A DNA stretch of 24,000 nucleotides from Leptolyngbya sp. CCY15150 (GTDB lineage: Bacteria > Cyanobacteriota > Cyanobacteriia > RECH01), in assembly GCF_016888135.1 (NCBI RefSeq), contig NZ_JACSWB010000289.1, positions 56,086-80,085 of the forward strand, written 5' to 3'. A program made the translations under genes and the position numbers. The notes beneath the pieces are model-generated. The model was not told the origin of the DNA and did not search any database. It saw only the letters and a program-made list of their open reading frames with translations. Positions within the stretch are counted from its first letter, which is position 1. Every line of letters starts with the position of its first letter. Positions 18,439 to 24,000 of this stretch are shown piece after piece.

Positions 18439-18464
18439 GCGAGGCGTCACTGCCTCGTTTTTTC
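18439..18464 (+). terminator. candidate rho-independent terminator downstream of rpmF
   Basis: CGAGGC (18440-18445) pairs with GCCTCG (18452-18457) across a 6-nt loop. A T6 run at 18458-18463 follows immediately. It lies 74 nt after the rpmF stop. Confidence 0.6.
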
Positions 18465-18552
18465 ATGGGCCGGCAATGATCCCTCCGTCACCCGATCGCG
18501 CTACAACTAGATCAGGGTAGATACCCGTTGTCCTCCTCAACAAGCGATCGCC

Positions 18553-19152
18553 ATGGCTGGAAAATTCTTTTCAAAACCCACCGCTGATCAACAAGATCGT
18601 GTGCCGCCGGGGCAACATTTAGCCAAGGGCTTTCCGGTGCTCACCTATGGATCGACGCCGCAGATTGCCATCGACGATTGGGAGTTCAAGATTTGGGGTC
18701 TAGCAACCGCCACAACGTTGAGCTGGGATGACGTGATGGCAATGCCCCAAACCGAGTTCACTGCCGACTTCCATTGTGTAACGACCTGGTCGAAACTGGA
18801 TGTCACCTGGACGGGCGTTCGGGTCACTGACTTTCTGCGCGAGGTTGACCTTGATCCTGCTGCTGTCCACGTGATGCAGCATTGCTACGGCGGCTACACC
18901 ACCAATATCGCCCTCGATGATTTGATGCGCGATGAAAATTTCTTTGCCCATACCCTGGTGGGCGAGCCCCTCCCTGCGGATCACGGCGGCCCGCTGCGCC
19001 TGGTTGTGCCCCATCTCTATGCTTGGAAGAGCGCCAAGTGGATCAACGGTTTGGAGTTTTTAGATCAGCCAGCCCTGGGCTTCTGGGAACGCAATGGCTA
19101 CCACCATCGTGGTGATCCTTGGGCCATGCAGCGGTATAGCGATCGCCCCTGA
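18553..19152 (+). CDS. sulfite-oxidase-like molybdopterin-binding oxidoreductase
   Basis: 199 aa. FTADFHCVTTWSKLDVTWTGVRVTDFL carries the Cys ligand context of the SO/YedY fold. GGPLRLVVPHLYAWKSAKWI is also present. Confidence 0.85.
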   Translation: MAGKFFSKPTADQQDRVPPGQHLAKGFPVLTYGSTPQIAIDDWEFKIWGLATATTLSWDDVMAMPQTEFTADFHCVTTWSKLDVTWTGVRVTDFLREVDLDPAAVHVMQHCYGGYTTNIALDDLMRDENFFAHTLVGEPLPADHGGPLRLVVPHLYAWKSAKWINGLEFLDQPALGFWERNGYHHRGDPWAMQRYSDRP

Positions 19153-19262
19153 GGTCAAGACGCCTTCTAGCATGGGTTGTTGACTCGAACTTAGGGAGCG
19201 ATCGCTCTCTAGGTCGTTGATAGATTTCGCTATACTTAAGATCCATTGAGCACGGTGTAGCC

Positions 19263-19538
19263 ATGGCTATTCGACAGAGGCGCTACAGCAAAGAAGAATT
19301 AGCTCAACGTGGGCAGCAACTCTACGAATCTCACATTCGGCAGCAGGTTGAAGCTGGGAATGATGGCAAAATCGTAGCCATTGATATTGAAACAGGAAAC
19401 TTTGAGGTTGCTGACACTATCTTACCTGCCACCCGTCAGTTATTCGATCGTAATCCTGATGCACAACCTTGGGTCATCCGTATTGGACATCGTGCTGTGT
19501 ATCACTTTGGAGCGCGGAGCCTGCCTAAGCATCCATGA
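19263..19538 (+). CDS. small hypothetical protein, 4-bp overlap with the downstream aspartic protease gene
   Basis: 91 aa with an ATG start. The central block GKIVAIDIETGNFEVADT recalls small antitoxin-like proteins. Its stop overlaps the next ATG (ATGA at 19535-19538). TATACT at 19231-19236 is a possible -10 box. Confidence 0.6.
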   Translation: MAIRQRRYSKEELAQRGQQLYESHIRQQVEAGNDGKIVAIDIETGNFEVADTILPATRQLFDRNPDAQPWVIRIGHRAVYHFGARSLPKHP

Positions 19539-19903
19539 TTCAGGGGATTGTCAATCAACGCTGTGAGGCTACTCTTCCTCTGGTCATCGGAAATACAAGT
19601 GGGCAGAGGCAGTTGGTTAATACTGTGATTGATACAGGATTTAACGGATTTCTAACCTTGCCTTCTAGCATTATTTCTGCTCTCGATTTACCTTGGAATG
19701 CATCAGATAGGGTGACCTTGGGAGATGGTCGCGAGACACTATTTGATTTATATGCAGTGACGGTCATTTGGGATGGACAGTATTATGAAATTGACGTTGC
19801 TGAATCTGATACTGAACCGCTGATTGGCATGGCGTTACTGTATGGATATAGATTACAGATGGACATAGTTGAGGGCGGCATAGTCAGGCTCGAAGCCCTA
19901 TAG
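19535..19903 (+). CDS. retropepsin-like (clan AA) aspartic protease
   Basis: 122 aa, about the size of a retropepsin monomer. Catalytic D-T-G in VIDTGFNGFLTLP and a later hydrophobic-Gly block LIGMALL. It resembles the bacterial/archaeal clan AA aspartic protease family (TIGR03698-like, from memory). Confidence 0.8.
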   Translation: MIQGIVNQRCEATLPLVIGNTSGQRQLVNTVIDTGFNGFLTLPSSIISALDLPWNASDRVTLGDGRETLFDLYAVTVIWDGQYYEIDVAESDTEPLIGMALLYGYRLQMDIVEGGIVRLEAL

Positions 19904-19991
19904 AGCGATCGCCCCTCCAATATCTATCCTGTCTAGACAGGCGGCGGCGTTCCTGAATGACTAGACTGGAAAGACCTTCCATCATCGTCCC

Positions 19992-22988
19992 ATGTCAGAC
20001 ACCCCACCCCCCAGCGACCCTACTCCCAGCACTTCCACATCCAGTGACTCTACTCTGCTTCCCCTCAGTCCTGAGGAGCGCCGTAGTCAGCGTCGCAACC
20101 GCATTCGCCAATGGGCTAGCTACCTGGGGCTTTCTGGGTCGGGCGTTGGTATTGTGGCAGCGATCGCCCTGCTGCAGCAAGGGCAGTGGCTAGAGGCGAT
20201 CGGTGTCATTCTAGTGACCATGGCGCTGACGGGATTGGTGATCATGGGGCAGTTTGCCCGCAAGTTGACCGATCGCATCCTAGACAAGGTGGAAGAGCGT
20301 TTGGAGGAACGGATTGAACCGCTGGCAACCTGGGTAGTGGATGGGTTGGAGCAGGCAGCGATTGGGCTCTGGTGGCGGTTGCTATCGCCGTTTGAGCAAC
20401 GCTACACCCAAAGTCTCACGTATGAATACCGGGATTTTAAAACCCAAGGACTACGCACCCGCGGCCCCTTTGTTTTAGATCTAGAAAAGGTTTTTGTGCC
20501 CCTGCGGGTTGCGCCCGACAGTTTGGATCGTATACCGTCTGCCCTGATTCGCGATGCGGATGCACGCAGTAACTTACAGATCTGGGATGTGCTAGCGGTG
20601 CAGCAGCCTACGTTTCGGCGATTGGTGATTATTGGCGCACCCGGTTCTGGGAAGTCAACGCTATTGGAACATCTGACCCTGACCTATGCCCAACGCCGTC
20701 AGCGTCGCTATCACCCAAAAGCCCCAAAGCTCTTGCCTGTATTGCTTACCCTGCGGGAATTACGGGAAGCGATCGCTCAGCAGCCTACTCTCAACTTAGC
20801 GACCCTATGGGAACAGCAGCCCACGGTGCAGGATCTAAAGCCACCGCCCCGCTGGCTCCAAACTCAACTGCAGCGAGGGCGATGTTTGGTGATGCTAGAT
20901 GGGCTGGATGAGGTGGCCGATCCTGAACAGCGGCAGGTCGTCAGTCGCTGGGTTGATCATCAGATTCAGGCTTATCCTACGGTGAGATTTATTGTCACCT
21001 CACGTCCCCATGGTTATCGTACAGCACCGCTGAGTAAAGCTGGAGCACTTTTGGAAGTTAAGCCATTTACGATCATCCAGGTGCAGCAATTTATCCAAAA
21101 TTGGTATCTGCAAAATGAACTCATGAGTCGTCTAGGTAAGGATGATCCAGGCGTGCGATTGATGGCAGATCGGAAGGCAGCCGATTTGATCGATCGCATT
21201 CGGCGGAACCCACCCCTGGCAGCGATGGCGACCAATCCCCTACTGTTGACGATGATTGCGACGGTGCATTGTTTTCGTGGAGCACTGCCGGGGCGGCGGG
21301 TAGAGCTGTATGCTGAAATTTGCGATGTCTTGCTAGGACGGCGGCAGGATGCCAAGGGTATGGACGGATCGCTGACGGCGGGGCAGAAAAAGTCGGTGCT
21401 ACAGGTGCTGGCGCTCAATCGGATGCGCCATCGCAGTGAGGAATGTTCTATTGTCACCGGCGGCTTGGTGATCCAACAGCAACTGGATGCCGTGGCGGGC
21501 AATGCGCTGTATCCCGAGGAGTTTTTGCAGTATATCGAAACGGGCAGTGGGTTGCTGGTGGAGGAACGGGCGGGTATCTATAAGTTTGCCCATCGTAGTT
21601 TTCTAGAATACCTGGCGGCAGTGCAGATTAAGGAGCTGAAGCAGGACATGCTGCTCACTCGCAATATTGATGATCCTTGGTGGGAAGAAACCATTCGTCT
21701 CTATGCAGCCCAGCAAGATGCGAGTGATATCGTCTGGTCTGCCTTGCAGCGACAGACCGTGGAGTCTTTATCCTTAGCCTATGACTGTATGCGGGAATCG
21801 CTGAGCATGAGCGATCGCTCTGTGCGACAGGAGTTGGCGACAACCCTAGAACAAGGTTTGGAGTCCACGGATGGCGACCTATTTCGCTTAGCTGTGGAAG
21901 TCCAATTATCCCGACGGCTGAAGGCATTGCTGCGGGTTGATGATCGCACAGACCTTGATGGAACCCTGATCACCCAGGCAGACTATCAGTTATTCGTGGA
22001 TGAAATGCGCCAAGCAGGTAACAATCATCATCCCGATCATTGGCAGGGCGATCGCTTCTTACCTGGCACAGCCCAGGATCCCATTCAAGGCATTCGGGCC
22101 CAGGATGCCGAAGCCTTTTGTGCATGGCTCACCTATCGATGTGGTAATTTAGGCGATTTGTATTTAGAAGGTGATTCATCGGTCTTTGTGGGCGATAGCC
22201 GTATTCGTATACCCACAGTTGAGGAAGCCCAAGCTTATCCAGTCTCGTCCTCCAGGGGAATCTATTGGTGTCAGGGCGATCGCGGCTTGGTGCTCCATGG
22301 CATGTCCGACGATCAGCGCACGGCATGGCTGATGCAGCTCCATCGGGCCGGCGATCGCGACGCTGATGGTATCCGAACCCTAGCCCAAACCTTGACCATT
22401 CCGACCCTGCCCCCCCGGCCGGCCTCTCGCCATGCTCCCCATCCCCAAACCCGCGATCGCGAAGTTGCTCTGAGTCGAGCCCGCGATCGCGCCTTCCAAC
22501 GCCTCTTGACCCAAGCCTTGCCCCTTGAACAGGATATGGCGCAAGCGTTCGCTCTCAAGGCTAGTCCCTCTCTCCACCATGGACATCTGGCAGGCTGGAT
22601 GCAGGATATCAATCATATTCGCGATCGCCAACAGGCCCTCCTCGTGCCCTTACCCCAAGCCCAAACCCTGGCTAGGAAGATCATTCGCGATCGCTCCCCC
22701 ATCCCATCGCCCGATCTAACCTGGTTGCGCGCCTATACGCCCCTTGTCGCCCTATGGTGGTATGACCTAGCCGATATTTATGAACGCCTCAGCCGATCGC
22801 CCCGCCTGCTGCGCCTCAATCAGCGATCGCGGCAGCAGTGCCAGAGCTTGGCCCAAACCTATCGCGATGGGGTTGAATCGACGTTTAACCTCTACGCCTT
22901 CTGGGTGGTGTTGGATGAACGTCGTGCCCAGACCATGCCAGTGTGGGAGGGATTGCGGCTGGTGCGAGAGCAGCGAGTTCCCGATTAG
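19992..22988 (+). CDS. membrane-anchored NACHT (STAND) NTPase with FGE-sulfatase-like region and unassigned C-terminal tail
   Basis: 998 aa. Two N-terminal hydrophobic helices (GVGIVAAIALL, AIGVILVTMALTGLVIMG; about 20121-20253). Walker A IIGAPGSGKSTLL (about 20634-20660), Walker B CLVMLDGLDEV (about 20886-20915), then IVTSRP. At about 21969-22330, ITQADYQLFVDEMRQAG...IQGIRAQDAEAFCAWL...RIPTVEEAQAY follows the order of conserved blocks in FGE-sulfatase/SUMF1-type domains. Confidence 0.88.
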   Translation: MSDTPPPSDPTPSTSTSSDSTLLPLSPEERRSQRRNRIRQWASYLGLSGSGVGIVAAIALLQQGQWLEAIGVILVTMALTGLVIMGQFARKLTDRILDKVEERLEERIEPLATWVVDGLEQAAIGLWWRLLSPFEQRYTQSLTYEYRDFKTQGLRTRGPFVLDLEKVFVPLRVAPDSLDRIPSALIRDADARSNLQIWDVLAVQQPTFRRLVIIGAPGSGKSTLLEHLTLTYAQRRQRRYHPKAPKLLPVLLTLRELREAIAQQPTLNLATLWEQQPTVQDLKPPPRWLQTQLQRGRCLVMLDGLDEVADPEQRQVVSRWVDHQIQAYPTVRFIVTSRPHGYRTAPLSKAGALLEVKPFTIIQVQQFIQNWYLQNELMSRLGKDDPGVRLMADRKAADLIDRIRRNPPLAAMATNPLLLTMIATVHCFRGALPGRRVELYAEICDVLLGRRQDAKGMDGSLTAGQKKSVLQVLALNRMRHRSEECSIVTGGLVIQQQLDAVAGNALYPEEFLQYIETGSGLLVEERAGIYKFAHRSFLEYLAAVQIKELKQDMLLTRNIDDPWWEETIRLYAAQQDASDIVWSALQRQTVESLSLAYDCMRESLSMSDRSVRQELATTLEQGLESTDGDLFRLAVEVQLSRRLKALLRVDDRTDLDGTLITQADYQLFVDEMRQAGNNHHPDHWQGDRFLPGTAQDPIQGIRAQDAEAFCAWLTYRCGNLGDLYLEGDSSVFVGDSRIRIPTVEEAQAYPVSSSRGIYWCQGDRGLVLHGMSDDQRTAWLMQLHRAGDRDADGIRTLAQTLTIPTLPPRPASRHAPHPQTRDREVALSRARDRAFQRLLTQALPLEQDMAQAFALKASPSLHHGHLAGWMQDINHIRDRQQALLVPLPQAQTLARKIIRDRSPIPSPDLTWLRAYTPLVALWWYDLADIYERLSRSPRLLRLNQRSRQQCQSLAQTYRDGVESTFNLYAFWVVLDERRAQTMPVWEGLRLVREQRVPD

Positions 22989-24000
22989 AGAGATGCGCTG
23001 CTCTCGGGTTCATGCAAGCCGCCAAGCTGGGGCAAGAAAACCCCATCCACATAGACCCAAGCGATGCCAACCGGGTCTAGAAACTGCGACCAAGCCGGGA
23101 AGTCATTCTGGGCTTTCCGGCGGTTGATGGTGCTGGGGTTGACATCTAGGCGACGGGCTAGTTCTCGTACCGTCAGCGATCCGTCGGGAGCTGCGTCAGA
23201 AATCAGGGATTGGTACGCCTGCCACAGCAGCAGCACGGTCACAAACAGCAGCAGCACCACGGCTTCAGGACGATTGAAAACGCTGATCGGCGACTCATCA
23301 ACCGGTTCCAGTTCTTTGGGGAGCCTTGGTTCAAACGCGTCAGCATCCTGCTGAGACGTCGGTTGGACAGAACGACTGGGGACAGACACCTCAATCCAGA
23401 GCGGACGGTCAGGTTGCTCTGGCGGCGCTACCCGAGCAGGCTGAGCACTAGGTTGATCAACTGCTATCGGTTGCGCTTGCTCAACAGGGGCGATCGCTTC
23501 CCGATCATCCTCCTCTACGCTCTCGTCCACACTTATCCTGTTTGCTGATTCAGAGTCGTGACGATCGAAGACATCATCATGCTCCAAGTGACCGACCGGT
23601 TCATGGTCTACCGTCATGCCCCAGCCTTGCTCAGCAGGCGGGTAAATGGGCATAGCAGCGATCGCATCTCCAAGGGCTATGAGATCGTCATACTCATTGG
23701 AGGTAGGCAGGCCAAAGTCGTCGTCAAGATCGTCATTGTCAAGATCATCATCGTCAAGATCGTCGTCGAAATCAGCCGCTTCGGTTCCATGGAACGATTC
23801 ATGCCCACCGCTCAGGGCATCACTGCCATCTTCTAAGGTGGTGTCCTCAGATGCAAGGGCAGCGATCGCATCCCCAAGGGCTTCCATAATTTGGGCTCGC
23901 TGCTGCAAGAGCTCCGCTTGGGGCGAGGGCAGATCCGCAAGGCTTGGCGGAGTTTCTGGAGGATCTGCAGGCTCCTCTGAGCTAGCTGCACTGGGCTCTA
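22985..24000 (-). CDS. acidic protein with hydrophobic segment and C-terminal helix-turn-helix; 5' end may lie outside the window
   Basis: C-terminal HTH-like block SLTVRELARRLDVNPSTINRRKAQNDFPAWS, preceded by AVVLLLFVTVLLLWQAY. The N-terminal part is very Asp/Glu-rich. The track starts it at TTG 23908. I translated 23909-23998 on the minus strand and found no stop, so the frame is open to the window edge. ATG 23887 (MEALGD) is an in-window alternative start. Confidence 0.65.
   Translation of the reverse strand, partial: EPSAASSEEPADPPETPPSLADLPSPQAELLQQRAQIMEALGDAIAALASEDTTLEDGSDALSGGHESFHGTEAADFDDDLDDDDLDNDDLDDDFGLPTSNEYDDLIALGDAIAAMPIYPPAEQGWGMTVDHEPVGHLEHDDVFDRHDSESANRISVDESVEEDDREAIAPVEQAQPIAVDQPSAQPARVAPPEQPDRPLWIEVSVPSRSVQPTSQQDADAFEPRLPKELEPVDESPISVFNRPEAVVLLLFVTVLLLWQAYQSLISDAAPDGSLTVRELARRLDVNPSTINRRKAQNDFPAWSQFLDPVGIAWVYVDGVFLPQLGGLHEPESSASL

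Noticed and set aside
18366-18552. Possible molybdenum-cofactor riboswitch or other leader upstream of the molybdoenzyme gene
   Set aside because: I could not recognise the conserved Moco-motif blocks. The region is better explained by the rpmF terminator hairpin plus a spacer.
1-24000. Abundant GCGATCGC copies considered as a possible CRISPR-like or mobile repeat array
   Set aside because: The 8-mers are dispersed at irregular spacing inside and outside genes, with no conserved flanks. This is the known cyanobacterial HIP1 pattern, not an array.

Overview
This window looks like a cyanobacterial chromosome segment. The octamer GCGATCGC (HIP1, the highly iterated palindrome typical of cyanobacteria) occurs dozens of times, in genes and in spacers. 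I could run no searches, so every protein call rests on motifs read from the supplied translations. About two thirds of the window is housekeeping: pyrB, rimM, a pentapeptide-repeat protein, glutamate dehydrogenase, an L,D-transpeptidase, a Fur-family regulator, a SIMPL/DUF541 protein, grxC, tadA, a YifB/ComM-type ATPase, a GT4 glycosyltransferase, an ABC1/UbiB kinase, rpmF (59 aa, absent from the ORF track) and a sulfite-oxidase-like molybdoenzyme. I found no rRNA, tRNA or CRISPR array. Two regions look accessory. (1) At 12553-13347, an AT-rich REP-associated tyrosine transposase (RAYT, HUH/Y1 type) sits next to two copies of a roughly 58-nt hairpin repeat. (2) At 19263-24000, a small unknown protein overlaps by 4 bp a retropepsin-like aspartic protease (an AT-rich, HIP1-free cassette). 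A 998-aa membrane-anchored NACHT (STAND) NTPase follows 88 bp downstream; it has an FGE-sulfatase-like region and an unassigned C-terminal tail. An acidic protein with a C-terminal HTH converges on it, and their stop codons overlap. I consider the protease/NACHT cluster the best candidate for an undescribed conflict or defence-type system, but the functional link is inference only. Other oddities: a 751-aa Pro-rich membrane protein with an exact 55-aa repeat register, several perfect 9-11 nt tandem duplications in spacers, a GTA-N8-TAC (NtcA-type) site near gdhA, and an 870-bp gap with no convincing ORF.
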